NCBI GenBank assembly: GCA_951406725.2
Contig: OX597815.1
Span: 64,294,001 to 64,358,000 of the forward strand
Length of the DNA stretch: 64,000 bases
Direction of reading: 5' to 3'
Origin: Octopus vulgaris
Lineage: Eukaryota
Shown: in pieces, positions 27,665-42,253 of the stretch
Layout of the letters: each line of letters opens with the position of its first letter
Position numbering within the stretch: position 1 is the stretch's first letter
The notes under the pieces: model-generated
Told to the model about the DNA's origin: nothing
Database searches by the model: none
The model's input: only the letters and a program-made list of their open reading frames with translations
Program-made: the position numbers and the translations under genes

Positions 27665-27825
27665 ATATTTTACTTGTTTCAGTTATTACACTACGGTCAT
27701 GGTGGGACACTATCTTGAAGAATTTATACTTGAACTAATCAACCCCAGTAAACGGTTGCCCGAGGTGTTATGCAGTGGGACTGAACTTCAAACCATGTGG
27801 CAGGGAAGCAAACTTCTTACCACAC
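27665..27825 (-). mobile_element. Internally deleted SINE family A copy
   Basis: The 3' tail (ttttacttgtttcagt) is joined to the reverse-complement head (gcagtgggactgaac..accatgtgg..aagcaaacttcttaccacac). Confidence 0.65.
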
Positions 27826-28845
27826 ATCTATCTATGTATATGTATATTATCTATCTATATACGTGTATAAGTATATTATATGTATATTATCTATATATAA
27901 GTATTTGTATATGTATATTATCTATCTATGTATATGTATAAGTATATTATATGTATATTATCTATATATAAGTATTTGTATATCTATATTATCTATCTAT
28001 GTATATGTATATTACACATATCTGACAGAGGATCATATAGTCTAGTACAGTCTGAAGGATGAATCGAAAATACATAGTAATTATTTGAAATTATGCCTAA
28101 TAAGGAAAAGTCATCGTTGTTAATGAAGTTTTATTCTCAGGGCAGGAAGTGCAGCTTCCAAATTTCCACGTATAAAGACACTACACTTACGTTTCGGTCT
28201 TATTGCACTTTCTCGGGATATATATATATGTATACACATATGTCTGTGTAATTATGTGTGTGTATGTATGTAAGTATGTATGTATGTATGCATGTATTCT
28301 GAGTGAAGCACGAGCATTGAATACGTGAATTTACTTATGACATTGGAATATTTCCCATCGGTTCTATTTGCATGAATAATATATAGTTACGTGAGGCTAT
28401 CATACTTGAACTGGTAAGCCGAAAATAATTTTTAATTAGTTGAAATTATAACCCTAATGAGATAAACTAATTAGCGTTAAGGAAAATTTATTTTCAGAAG
28501 AGGCTAGCGAGAGAACTTCTGAAATTTTAATAAGCATAAAATTGATTAAAGATTTAACTTCCTCTCGACACTCCCAACATCAAAACTACCGTCATTTAAT
28601 GTTGAGTGTTATAAACTCATGGAGTTATCTCCCTCGTCACTTCTGACAGTATATTTCCATAAACTCTAGTAACATTTCCACTATTTTTTCTCATTAATAA
28701 ATTTAAACGCATAATGCCACCCCGAGGGGTGAGAACCAAACCTCGGTCTCCTGAGCGAGTCACTCTTCATACTACTGAAGAGTGACTTTAAAATTCTTTT
28801 CGACTTACCCTCTCTGCATTTTTCTATCCATACATATATACGTAC

Positions 28846-28882
<37 letters not shown>

Positions 28883-28948
28883 TACATGTATGTATGTATG
28901 TATGTATGTATGTATGCATGTATGTATGTATGTGAGTATGTATGCGGG

Positions 28949-28992
<44 letters not shown>

Positions 28993-29881
28993 TATATATG
29001 TATACACATATACATATATATGTATGTGTGTGTGTGTGAATGAGTGTGTGTTTGTGTGTGTGTGTGTGTGTGTGTAGTCATGGTATATTCTGTTAAGAAC
29101 GTAGTAGAGTACAGTATAAAGCTCGTCCACCTTCAGATTTCACCCTATGCTATCCAGTAGTAGTGTTATACATACTTCCAGGTCTGAGTTTGGGCTTCTG
29201 TCGTGTGTGAATAGATAACGGAAAGAATTGGCGTTAACAAGGAGTACGGCTGGACATTTATTTTCATTCACTATAATTGTTTCTTCGCAACGTAGTTCCC
29301 CAGGTGTGCAGGTACTTGATTATGCATTATGACATCTAGTTGTGTTTCCTCGGGCGATATGTAAATATTGTCTCATTAAATTCAAATTATCGGCTTCAAG
29401 ATCATCCACGGCTGGAGAACTACGTTGCGTAGAAACAATTTTAGTGATTGTAAATAAATATTCAACCATACTCTTTCAGGTTAACTCTACTTCTTTCAAT
29501 TATATATATATTTTATTGTCTGCTGGGGAGAGTCATTCTCTTTTAATGCCATATTAACACACTCACCAGTTCGATTTCCACTCATTTACTTATTCATTTT
29601 TTCTAACCTCTTGCAACCTCTTCAATAGTCGTTGATACTGTCCGTCATTGGAGCTGCGTTCTTTTTGTTTGTTTGTGCGCATGAGTGTGTGTCAGAGTGC
29701 ATGTGTATACACATATGTATGAATGTACATATGAATGTATGTATGTGTATGTATGACTGTATATCATTATTCAATTTCTTTCAAGATTTCTTGCTAATAG
29801 AGAAAGAACCGGTTTCTAACCTCGATCCAAGGCTCCTCAATTGGAATTCCAACATCAGCAACAGGGTAGTTTTGTATGTAT

Positions 29882-29917
<36 letters not shown>

Positions 29918-30049
29918 CTATGTATGTATGTATGTATGTATGAATGTATGCATGTATGTATGTATGTGCAGATTTATATGTTTTATGTATGTATTCTCGT
30001 GCATATAGTTGCATATCTAGACATGCTCATATATACTTAAATTTTAAAC

Positions 30050-31990
30050 TTCTAGAAAGTTTTACAGATATTTACAGTTCCAGTGATGGATTGGATCTGT
30101 AGTCTTCGAAATAGCTTTCTCCTTTCTGGTTTTGAGAAGCCTAATTTCTCAAGATTGGTATTTAGGCAGTGTGCTACATATCCCAGGGCCCCAATAATTA
30201 CTAGTATAAACCTGAATTTGCAATCTGAACAGAGTAACTGCAGATTTCTCAATAGTTCAGCATAGGCGTTCTCTTTTTTCACTGATCTTCAACTTTATGT
30301 TAATATCCGCTGAGCAACTAATTTCCACAAATGTGCACAGTTTCTCTTCTGTATTCCAAATCATTATATCAGGTTTGTTGTGCTTACATTTTATTGAGGT
30401 TTTCACTGGTACATTCCACTAGTAGTCTTTTTTATTATGTGTGGCTATGGCGTCTACCATATTATGGATTCTTATTTCTCTACCTCGGGATTATCCTTCC
30501 AACAGATTTCATTATAGAGTGCCTTAGCTACAACGTCACGTTTCATCGGCAGATGATACCGTGTTGACATTTTCGGCCAACGGCTTAATGTGGGTCATAT
30601 CTTTAGTATGAACTCCACAAAGCATGCATCGGTTGTCACACTTTACGGCTTTACCTGCAACTTTATCCCTCTTGTGCATCAGGGACTTGGTTGATATTTC
30701 CTGTTTCCGGATTGCAAACGCTTACTTTTCAAAGTGGGAGGTATTGATCCATGATAAACTGCTTTGATAATCAATGTTACAATCATCACGGAGCTTTCCA
30801 CTAACATATCCATGCATAGTCTTCTGCTCATATAGGCTCATCCTTTCATATAATGATAGGCTGCAGTAGAGCCGTGCGACTTCTTTGGGCATGTATTCTA
30901 GGTTATCAGACAAAGAGTGTTGCTCAAGGTGCTGCCATTCAAGTCTTATAATGTTATCAGTCTCATGTATGCAAACTTGGTCAATGGATGCACTTCGACA
31001 CTTGGTGGTTAAAAGATGTTACCGAAGGTATATGATGCGACATTCAAATGCATTTCGGATCGATGTTAAGCCTCTTCTGCCTTGTTTTCGTTTAGGTAGA
31101 GGCTGTCTCCATCATTGTTTATGTGGAAATTATGTGTGCTTGTTATTATTTTGGGGGTTTTCACATCAATTGCTCAGATGTCAGCAAGCGTCCAGTCAAG
31201 CAGCCCAAATGTTGGTATGAGTACTGGCACTGCAAACACATTGTGGGCCACTGTTTTATTGAATGCAGAGAGTTCTGAGGTCCAAATTTTCTTTATTCGA
31301 CTAATATTCTTTAGTGATAGTATTTTGTTACAGGTTCCACTGTAAGATATATTTTTATCCACTCCTAGATACCTGCAACACTCCTCGTCAGATATCGGAA
31401 AAACAGTCAAATCATTAATGGAGATGTTACTAGCCTGGTTTATAGTTTTTCTCCTTTTTCACAACTATATAATATTTTACCTGCGCAAACTCCAATCCTA
31501 CATCCTTTGAGGATGTTGTAACTAGGTCAGGGCTCTTTTTCATCTCATGCATATTCTTTGCATAAAGTTTTAAGTCATCCACAAAGAAACAGTATGTAAT
31601 TTTGGTTTCCTTGTGAACCAGTGAGATATCCTTCAAACTTCCTTAACATGAATGACAAGAAATTTACAGAAAGTATAAACAACATCACAGAGAGGTTGTC
31701 TCCTTGGAATATTCCTTTGCCATACTGTATTCTATTGGTGATAATACATTCACTCTTTGTGTTTAATTTCAAGATGGTGGCCCACGATGAAGTCAGGTCA
31801 GCTATGGTTTTGACTATTCTCACTGGAACTAGCTTCCATTAGTAGGGAACAGAGTCAAAAGCTTTTTTTTAGTCTAGCCACATTGAAACTAGGTTTCGCT
31901 TATGCTCTCGCACCTTTGACATCACAGTTTTGTTGATTAAAATTTGCTCGACATATCCCCAGACTCCCTTCTTCCCAGCTGCTTGTTTTG
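30050..31990 (-). mobile_element. RLE-type non-LTR retrotransposon (R4/Dong-like), 5'-truncated pseudogene with RT and restriction-like endonuclease
   Basis: Motifs KGIFQGDNLSVMLFIL, FFVDDLKLYAK, CRYLGV, LKRKQGGRGL, AIRKQEISTK, PDxMIWNTEEK..VEISC and KENAYAELLRNLQ..VIIGALG, spread across frameshifts. Confidence 0.9.
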
Positions 31991-32095
31991 TATGCATGTA
32001 TGTATGTATGTATGTATGTATGTATGTATGTATGTATGTATGTATGTATGTATGTATGTATGTATGTATGTATGAATGCATGTGTTTGTGTATAC

Positions 32096-32131
<36 letters not shown>

Positions 32132-32817
32132 ACGTTTGTATGTATGTATTCTGCATATTCGTGTATTTGTGTTCATGTTTGTGTGTGTGTACCTCTGTCT
32201 CCTTGTGTGTGCATGTTTGAGTGTGTCTATGTGTATGGCTTTGTGTTACCATGTGCACGCGTCTATTATGTATGAATGTGAGTCTCCATATGTGTCCTTT
32301 GTGTGTGTGTATGAAGTGTGCGTATGTGTATATGGTTATGTTTCAGTCTTTTGTGCATATGTGTATGTGTGTGTGTGTGTGTGCTTGTTTGTCCTCATTA
32401 CCTATGTACCTATCTATCTACATATCTATCTGGTTACTTAGATATCCTTTTACCTACTGATGACATATATATGTCTACATAACAGTCTACTAATAGATAT
32501 ACCTGCGTATGTATAAGCTGTGAGTATTGGGGTATCACTACCTTCTACGTATATCTCCTATTTAGTACCGGGGATGTTTCATTTATGAGGACGTACTCCT
32601 GTATTTGTCTGAGTGTTGGGTCCTTCGAGTGCTTGGATAAAATGCGGATGTCAAATCAACACAGTATGCCACCATGTTGGTCTTTGGCATATTGGTAGAG
32701 AATAGAGGACTGTTTTTGTCGTCATATCGTCTCAAATGTCATTTAGCCTCACTCTCAGATCTATGTGAAGCATTTTATTAGTATAAACAAAGTCAATATA
32801 TTACCTGAAACAAAGAT

Positions 32818-33019
32818 ATTGCTTCCAAGTTTTGGCACAGAGCCAGAAAGTTCAGGGAACGGGGTTTAGTTGATTACATCGACCCCAGTGCTCAACTGGT
32901 GCTCATTTTACCGACCTCGAAAACAGGAAAGACAAATCGACCTCAGAACGTAACAACAGACGAAATACCGCAAAACATTTTGCTCGGCTCGGCAACGGTT
33001 CTGCCAGTTCGCTGCCTTA
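32818..33019 (-). mobile_element. SINE family B copy
   Basis: Reverse complement of 22915-23125. Confidence 0.85.
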
Positions 33020-33446
33020 TCCGAAACAAAGATATTAGCACGAATTACGATGAGTCATTCATATACACTAACTGTAATTAGTCTGGAACAGTAGTTAGTA
33101 ATTACGTTATACAAACATTCAAATCCATAAAGACCAAATGATCATCACCACCAACATGTATTAGCTATATTAAAGATTTTTGAGAACTGAATTTTATCAA
33201 ATGAAATGATAAGATATAGTCGCTGCCGTTATGCTGTAGAGTATTTCATAGGAGAATGTATTACAAGGGCCGATAAAACAGTTAATATTGACCCCTAGAA
33301 GTCTATGTGGCTAGTCAAGTCGCCGATAAATATCTGAAAGTCTTTTAGGACTTAAGGGTGCTGAATTGTAAGCAGCCAGACTCTGGAAGCTGCGGTAATT
33401 TAAGGTTAGATCTCACTAGTTTTCAGCCAAATATCTTTTAGAGCTT

Positions 33447-33690
33447 TATAATTTAACACACTCACCGGTAAAATTTCCACTCATTTACTTATTTATTTTT
33501 CTAAAATTTCCACTCATTTACTTATTTAGTTTCCCAAAATTTTCGTTGCATCTTGCAACCTTTTCAATAGTTGTTGAGAGTCAGCAAAAGTTTTTAAAAA
33601 ATGAATAAGTAAATGACTGGACATTTTACCGGTGGGTGTGTTAAATTATACGGCACTAAAAGAGAATGACTCTCCCCAGACACAACAGAA
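33447..33690. repeat. Inverted pair of the 12605-family repeat, with a 31-bp tandem duplication
   Basis: aatttaacacactcaccggtaaaat ... attttaccggtgggtgtgttaaatt; aaaatttccactcatttacttattta is duplicated. Confidence 0.8.
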
Positions 33691-34149
33691 TATACTCGAG
33701 TAGTCTGCGTTGCTTTTTCTCTATGACTTACATGCCGACTTGTTTAACACCACTACTTGAGAGAGATTCCCAAAGCCTTTCTCAATTCACTCATGTTTCA
33801 CGCATTTAAAATCCACTTCTATATCATCCTACGTACTTTCCTGTAAAATTAGTGGTGATCAAGGTGTATTAATCCCATCAGTTAGGTGAGGAGTGGTCTC
33901 AAAATTTCGTGGTAATTATTCTTGCCCATGGTTCTTCTAGCGATCAAAATACTGATCAATCACAGAACACTGTTCTACTATATAACCTGAGTTATATCAG
34001 TGAGCTAAGGAGGGGAACATATATCTTCACTGCTCATTCAGATTTCTCATATGACGTTTTCACCTGGCAGTATATACCGGTGATGTTTTTTGGTGTCACT
34101 GGGTGCCTCAGTACTTTCAGTAAAAACATGACTTCGTCGTTCAGATGAA

Positions 34150-34640
34150 CCAGCCGTTGTTGGCTGAGTTCCAGATTGTGTCCAGGTAGCACTGTCTCAT
34201 CCATAATTCAGATCTCTTGATCCATAACCACAACGAAGTAATTTCAGATGCCTCGACTTTAATGGCCTGGTTACTGGCCTGAATGATACCCATCAAGCTT
34301 TATGTTGAAGTCAGAATTATGATCTTTCAAACACCAAATGTAATTGGATAGGTCTGATGTATTTCCGAGGGAAAATACGGTAGAAGTACCGTTGTTTAAA
34401 TATACCATCCTCCATATATAAACAGTGCTTACGCGTGATATCAAGGTTTCATCTAGTGAAAGTAATCTCTGCTTCATAGATAACTGCTTACTCATCATAA
34501 GTTTAAAATTTTCAACCACATATTTTCCATACACATCCACAACGCAGACTGAATCAATTCTTAACTGTTTTCTAGGAATAATCACACACTACTTTCCCCT
34601 TAAGTTTTAAGAGACAAGACTGATCCCTCTACACCATTTA
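34150..34640 (-). mobile_element. Penelope-like GIY-YIG region fragment
   Basis: NTSDLSNYIWCLKDHNSDFNIK resembles the ST.LS.YIW.LK motif also seen at 55142 and 59990. Confidence 0.55.
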
Positions 34641-34644
34641 ATAA

Positions 34645-35981
34645 CACTGGTAAACATATATTTTCTGGCACAAGGTTTATGAATGGTTTTTAGCTAATTT
34701 TGGAGTGTTTAATCCAAATCTAGCATCAGATTTTTGAGTTCTAATATCTTTTAGTTTTGTTAGAAACAGCTATTTAATGCTCATAAAGAAGAAATAAACA
34801 TACGTAGATTCAATTTCTGAGAGACAATGTCTTTTTTTCAATCTAATAAAGCTGTGATAGTAAATGCACATTAGCATGTAAGAATTAAGCTTGGTAATAA
34901 CAAAATATGAATACAAAATCTCTATTCATTGTGGTCATTCATTCTGATCATCATGTTATTTCCTTCAAGAACTTCCTCCTTTTTGACGATCTCTTGTGCA
35001 CAACTTCTGGAATGTCTCTTCCCAAGCCCCAGCAGTAATCTGCCATCATGTTTCAGTCCCATCGGCCTTGTTAGCATTCTTCCATTACCTTTACGTCTTG
35101 ATGAAAGCGTTCATCTTATTCTTCGCTAATATCACCCAGATTCTCTGAAAACTCAACCAAGTGACTGTGAGTAGTGCAATTTAATGCGCATTCTACACCC
35201 AAGTGCTTGCAAACTCAGGAGCAGCTCCTCCACAATCTCGTGATAGTTGTCAGCTTTCCTGTTCCCAAGAAAATTCTTCACCACATCAGAGAAGGCATTT
35301 CAAGCTCTAGCCTCAGATGCATCCATTGTTGTAACAAAATGTGGATCCCTGAGGATCATCAAACATTCATCAAACATTCCTCCTTCTTCTTGTCACTGAG
35401 ACTTGGAAATATTGCACATGCGGATATATCTGAAACTATTCCTCAAACCTCTGGATCACAGTGGAGTTTATATAAAGACTAAGTTTTATGTGTAGTGGAG
35501 GGGGTGGGGGAAGACGATGTTTTTCCTATCAACCAGAAAGTTAAAGATGTTCTTGTCACCCGGCCTCAAACTGTTTCTTGAAGGTTTTTCACTTAGTCTT
35601 TTTTTACCCTGTGAAACCCTACAGTCCCAATAGCACAGGAAAGAGGGGTACTTAATGTAACCCCCTTGATGGCCCAGTAGAAAGTTTACCATTCTCAAAT
35701 CGACATAAATTACCCATCCATGAACATGATTTGTAACCTCTCCAGAACAATGTTAGTGTTGGCATACTCATCCTTCAATTTTATACCGTGTCCTATTTCC
35801 GCAAATAGTGGTGTAAAGTTAAATTTTTGGTATGTTCTAGGTAAAAGGCGTATACTGATGGTACAAAACTGATGTGATGGAGCAAATCTGAGGTCAGTTT
35901 TCGAATCAGTACCACAAAATTAGTCTAAAACAGCTCTAAGTTTTTATGCCAGAGAAAAAAGTTTTATCTTGTTGACCAGTG
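34645..35981 (-). mobile_element. Chapaev3-type DNA transposon, internally deleted
   Basis: TAA-cactggtaaaca ... tgttgaccagtg-TAA (3-bp TSD). Transposase remnants include VDLRMVNFLLGHQGGYIKYPSFLCYWD, ERFHQDVKVMEE and NMMADYCW. Confidence 0.88.
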
Positions 35982-36103
35982 TAATACACCTTTGGTTTCT
36001 TATATTTTCAATAATTTAATTTTCAATATTCATTTTAAGATAGTAAATTATGTTATATCTTTTTTTACTCGTTTTACCCAAAATACAATGTAATCTTTTT
36101 ATT

Positions 36104-36310
36104 GATTGCAAATTTTAACAAAAGGCCAGCAAGTTCGCGGAGTGAATAAATCAATTACTTCGACCACCAGTACTCATCTGGTATTTATTTTATCGACGCT
36201 GAAAGGCAAAGTCAACCTCAGCGAAATTTCAACTCAGAACGTAACGACAAACGAAATGCCGCACAGCATTTTACCCGGTGTGCTAACGATTCTGCCAGCA
36301 CGCCGCCTTA
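36104..36310 (-). mobile_element. SINE family B copy
   Basis: Reverse complement of 22915-23125. Confidence 0.85.
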
Positions 36311-36676
36311 ATGTAATCTATATATTAAGAACTTAATATATCACGTGCCAGGGACATTTGTAAACCAGGTTGTGTTTGTTATCAGATAATTGCTATGCAT
36401 AAGTTAAGCATGAAGCCCTCTAACTTGTTCCCACATGAGAAGGGAAGACAACCTGAAGAATGAAGAAATCTTCAACGTTGATATGGCATTAAGGCAAAGG
36501 GCTTAATGGCATATCAGGTTTGGAGAATTCTTCAGTCTGATATTATCTTCTCTTCTTAAATGATACTGATCTTAATTGCTATTTGGAGATAATTTCAATA
36601 AATCAAGAATTGATGCTGTGTGGTGTCTAAATTCAAATTACTTAGGCTCTAAATATGTCCTACGTTTATATACATG

Positions 36677-36766
<90 letters not shown>

Positions 36767-37144
36767 ACTTAGTCTTTTGACTACTGAAGATAAGGTTGGA
36801 CAATTGTCGTGCTGGTGACGCTTATTGAACCAGAAACACATGTTGATGACTGTCCTCTTGACTCGATACAATAAAGCCGTCCTTTTCTTTAACGATGTCA
36901 ACTTTATTGACACTATCTCCCCCTTCTCATGCTGCTCTTAACACCAATTTAGCGTAAAGATAAGAGACATTAATGCATGGGCAGCTGATAGTTTTCCTTT
37001 AAAATATCTTGTGCTGGCCCGTTCATACATATACAGATATCTGGTCATTGCTGATCGTTGAAGACCCAGGAAATAATAATGTACAAACGTATTTATTGAA
37101 GATATGAGGGCTTGTATGCTTCCATACATATATGTAAGTACATA

Positions 37145-37311
37145 CGAGGGCGTGCTGGAAAGTTCCTGGCTTTGGGTAAAAGAAAATACTGGAGGATCAG
37201 TTAAGTATTGATTTTATTCAACATATTCCCCTCTCAGATTTACACATTTATAGCAGTGGTCTTTCAGGTTTTCGCGACACCCTTAAGCCACGAACTTTTC
37301 TCCACCCCTCG
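37145..37311. mobile_element. Mariner-derived MITE, 167 bp
   Basis: TA-cgagggcgtgctggaaagttcctggctt ... aagccacgaacttttctccacccctcg-TA. Confidence 0.8.
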
Positions 37312-37737
37312 TATGTATGTATATCTATGTATATGTATGCATGTAGTTTCCTTTTATATATGTTGGTGTGTAAACATAGCATGCGTACTTTCTCTTAAGT
37401 TTAACTTTGCGGTCGTTCTCGCATGCGTATGAGGAGTATATTATTGTATGCCGTATACTTGGAGTTTGGGTTAACAACTCTCTGTGTGTCTGATTTGGGT
37501 GTGTGAATTATAACTTATTTCGTATATTTTGCATGCCAAGTATATGTATACGAGCATGTGAGTGTCTGCGCGCACGTGCATGTGAATTCATGTAGATTAT
37601 ATATACGTATGAATTATATACAGATGCTTTGCATTTCCTACGTATAACTGTGAACATTTGCAAATATATTTATTATTATGAGTATATATGCGTACACCAA
37701 TATATATATACATAAATGTAACAGTTTGTATAAATAT

Positions 37738-37787
<50 letters not shown>

Positions 37788-38249
37788 TACATACACAGAT
37801 GATTGTGTATGTATATCGATATGTTAATTTACGTGGTATTTGTCCGCATACGTGTGTGCAATGTATATTTGTATGCTTTTATCATCATCCTCATCACCCT
37901 CATCATCATCATCATTCTCCTCATCGTCATCAATATGGCAAGCAGCATCAATATGTATGCGTGTCTACGTATTGGAGGAGACTGATAGGTAGATGTGGCC
38001 TCCACGTGAGTGGGTATACGTGTGTCTTCATAAAAGACGTTCTGGACGAAAATAATTGAACAGAAATTCCTAATGAACATTTTTAATGAAGTTGAAATAT
38101 GCAAGCAACACATAATTTCTAATGAGATATTGCTTTAATGAAAGGACAAATTGATAATCAAGAAAGATAGAGTTGGTGGAATAAGTAGGATAGGGAGGAT
38201 AGGGTAGTGAGATGGGGTGTGAACAATATACACGAAATGTATACGTGCT

Positions 38250-38716
38250 AACGATGATGATTGTAGAGTTGTTGGTGGTGATTCCGGTGGTGGTGGTGGT
38301 GGTGGTGGTGAATGTTGGGTTGGTGATAATGATGTTGATGATGATGATGAGGAGGAGGAGGAGGAGGAAGAGGAGGAGGCAGAGGAGGATGGCGATGAAG
38401 TCTATGATGATGGTATTGGTGTTGTTGGTGGGATAGGGGTGGTGACGGTGGTGGTGGTGTGGGTAGTGGCGGAGATGAGGATGATGACAAAGATGATAAC
38501 GACAAGAGCGATGAGGACGACGACGACGACGATTATGGCGATGATGAGGACGGCGATGACGTCAACGACGATGACGATAACGAGAAAGTATTGAAGAAGA
38601 ATATCATGATGGCAGTGGTGGTGGTGGTGGTGGGGATATTTTTAGCGTTGGTAATGTGATTGTAATGGTAGAGCAGTGGTGATGATGTCCGCGATAAAGA
38701 TAATTGAGAAAGCGCC

Positions 38717-38755
<39 letters not shown>

Positions 38756-38791
38756 CGGCAGCAGCAGCAGCAGCAGCAGTAGCAGTAGTAT

Positions 38792-38824
<33 letters not shown>

Positions 38825-38900
38825 CACCGGTGTTACTGGGGATGGTGGTGGTGTTGGCGGGGTAGCAGCAGCAGCCGTAGCAGCAACATAAAGAGGAGGA
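38250..38900. repeat. Cryptic trinucleotide low-complexity region (GGT/GAT/GAG/AGT)
   Basis: Direct reading. Confidence 0.85.
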
Positions 38901-39269
38901 GGTAGATTAGCGGAAGGGGAGGATGCTACAGGAAGTGATTGTAATGACTTCTCTCATTGACTCAAGGTCAGTAATTGGTGAGCTGTGGGTAGGTATTGAT
39001 TGGTGCGGAGTGATGTGTTTCACTCTACTGAATTAACCCTTTCACTAATTGATAAAATGTTTTATGGCCACCGGAGTAATGAATGCCAAAGATGACGGTT
39101 TCAATTCTCAATGGAGCGCTATATAACACGAAAAAATACAGCAGTTTCTCCGATGCACTATGCAATCTATCATTTAATTTAGAAATGCTAAGTCAATTAC
39201 TAATTTAAATTGAGAAAGACTTTAACTCGAAAGAGAAGGAAAGAGAACCACTGGAATTAATGCCAAACA

Positions 39270-40190
39270 TCAAACAGAAAGATGATTTACCAAAAGCTTA
39301 AGAGATACCGAACCAAGAGATTCCAGCGAAAGTAAAAAGTGACTCAGGGATTTTGGTAAGAAGAGCATGTTCTCCATGTTAAACAAGACTTTAAAGAAAC
39401 ACCGAAAAGTTATACTGTGAACTGAGCATGAATAATATAACCAATCGAAGGAACCACCGATTATCAATGATGTCGAGAAATTCTCGAGTAAGGTCTGGAA
39501 GAAAATTAAAAAAGAAACACGAAGAAAGAGCTACATGGATCTAATATCTACAGAACTAACACAATCACAGAGAGAGGGGAAGAGAGGGAGAGAGAGAATG
39601 ACAGAGGGGAAGTGAGAGTAAAATAGGGTCAGACCACTGTTGTTATGTTTGTTCCTTCTCGAGCCACGCCTGGCTCATTAGGGCCGGTTTCCCGGTTTCC
39701 TTGGCGTATAGGTTCCCCACCTGGACGGGACACCGGTCCGTCGCAGGTGAGCGGCAAGATGCAAGAGGAAAGAGTGAGAGAATGTTGTGACGAAAGTGTC
39801 AGCAGAAGTTCGTCATTATCTTCTGCCGGAGCGTGGAGCTTAGGTATTTCACTCATAAACACACACATCACCCAGTCTGAGATTCGAACCCACGAGCCCT
39901 CGACAGCGAGTCCGCTGCTCTAACCACTAGGCCAAGTGCCTCCTTGTTATAAATAAGACTAGCAATTGGAGGGCACCGGGGATAAATGAAAATACTAAGA
40001 TTTTGATTGAGGACCTGGCAGGCATCCACGCAGGCCTCACATTGGCCTACAATAACATCCCCAAGAATCCAGAGAAATAACCAATAACCCACATGGAAAA
40101 CCAAGTAGTTTCTCCCAAACCCAAAAGAGGCGCAGGACATGAGGAATTACATACCAGTCAATTGTCTACCAACAATGTACAAAGCTACGT
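39270..40190 (+). mobile_element. Decayed RLE-LINE fragment (pre-RT region) interrupted by a SINE
   Basis: Remnants NWRAPG and RNYIPVNCLPTMYK (compare the consensus NYRPITCLPTMYK) at ~39965-40186. Confidence 0.6.
39640..39943 (-). mobile_element. tRNA-derived SINE family C (OK/Ceph-SINE-like) with RTE-like 3' tail
   Basis: Minus strand: gaggcacttggcctagtggttagagcagcggactcgc...ggttcgaatctc (A/B boxes), cacctaagctccacg-like domain, tail gtggctcgagaaggaacaaacataacaac. Confidence 0.85.
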
Positions 40191-41892
40191 GTACACGGTG
40201 TCGAGGAGGTCCAAAAAGGCCTAATTGTATCTAGCGTTTTCGCTGGCTACTACTGAGGGAAGGCAGGATTTTTTGTAACCCTCCGATACTTATTGCATTT
40301 TTAACACTGCACGTCCATAAGGAATATTGTCTCAGGTCGAAAACGTTTCAACTGGAATAACAACGATGTGTATACATTACGTATGAAGTTTAGATGTCTT
40401 ATTAAAATTAATTCAGCCTGAATTGCATATACCGGATGTGCGTATACACATACATATATACATGATTATATGTGTGTATGTGTGTGTGTTTGTGTGTTTG
40501 TGTGTGTGTGTGTGTGTAGTCTCATAAACATTAAAAATTAGCAAAAGAAATATAAGAAAATGGAGAAGAAAAATTAAAAAGATGCTTGGTTCATTTTATT
40601 TGTATTACAATTGGAAAAGTAATGTAAATTAAAAGATTAACAGATATACCTATGAGAACAAGAATAAAAGGAACCGCATCAACAAAACAACCCAAAAGTA
40701 TCCAAAAAGAAATTCTACATATGTTTCAATATAACAATATTTTTGAAATATCAGTAATTGTAACTTTTGTAGATGTAATAAGCGGTTAGATCTCTTCTGA
40801 CAAAATAAGTATATTTTAGTTTTGAGTTACGAAATGACTTATTTGAGGACAATGTTTAGGAAATTTCAAATAGAAACAAACTACTTTGAAGGACGCAGAG
40901 TTCATGTGATTAGAAATTTATCGTTTAAAATTTAACTAGTATTGAACGTTGAAATGCTGCTAAAGCATCAAACTTATTTGAAAAAAGGTAATACATACAT
41001 AGAAACATGTATGTGTGTGGGTATACGCATACATATACGTACATATATATATGTGCACATATATTATATATATAATTATGTGAGTGTCTCTCTCGATCTC
41101 TCTCTCTATATATATATTATCAAAATATAGAGGAAGTTAGTATTCATAGTATTGTTCAAGAATTCCTTTTGCTTTTTCTTTTCATAATTGAGCATGTTCT
41201 TTTATTTCCAAAAAGGAAATGCCTTGCATTTCCCATTTCCCATTTCCCATTTGCAGAAGCGTCTAGATGTTCAGAACACGGAACATTTGTTAGAGAAGGA
41301 TCTATGATTTGTTGCTTGTCTACCGTAAGTTGATGTGTAAATTTTGATCCTGTTTGGATAATATAATTTTCATTGCATTCTGGTCATGTGATGCAATAAA
41401 TGAGATTTTTATTTTGCAATTCATATTTGTTTTAGACTTCAAGTTTTTTTTACATTCTTGAAGTGTTTTAGTTTTGCTCTCTTCAATTATTTCACAAACC
41501 TCTACAGAAATAACCCGCATGGCTAAAGATTAAAAGCGGTAGAATTATGGATAAACAATTACCCACACAGAATTCAAGAGAGATTCTCAAAAAAATTCAA
41601 GTAAGGTATAATACTACTGGTTCTAGAAAACAACTACTTCTTCATAGCCAATATTATCTTCAGTTAAATGAAACGGTAATGATACGATAGATGCACCGAA
41701 ATTTGCAACACTAGTGATCGGATTTCTTGAAGGAAAATATATACGCCCGTTTTGAAATTACTTTCGTCCAGCATTCCCCGTCTTCGTCTTTTGTTTTTGT
41801 TTTTTTTTGTGAATTCTCTCCATATATTACACGCTCACGTGGTCTCACCAGTTGATCCTATTTCCTCTCATCACCCAACGAACTTCTGTCCG

Positions 41893-42031
41893 TGTTTCCT
41901 TCTGTGTTCCTTTCTGTGGAAGAGCGTAGGCTCGAAACGTTAAAGACTTTTTCTCTTCCCGACCGTTACACTAATACATCTGTTTGTTGTCTACACGTAC
42001 CTGTCTTCGTCTTTTTTTGTGAATTCTCCCT
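41893..42031 (+). repeat. Interspersed repeat carrying a CTGTGGA-core hammerhead-like motif, copy 3
   Basis: cttt CTGTGGA a gagc-gtag-gctc GAAAC GTT aaag; a partial 3' duplicate lies at ~41770-41820. Confidence 0.8.
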
Positions 42032-42123
42032 GTATATGTATATATATATATATATATATATACACGCATAGAAAGCTAAAACATGTATATGTGTTCGTAT
42101 GTGCACATATACAAATACACACA

Positions 42124-42163
<40 letters not shown>

Positions 42164-42170
42164 TACATAT

Positions 42171-42205
<35 letters not shown>

Positions 42206-42206
42206 A

Positions 42207-42251
<45 letters not shown>

Positions 42252-42253
<2 letters not shown>
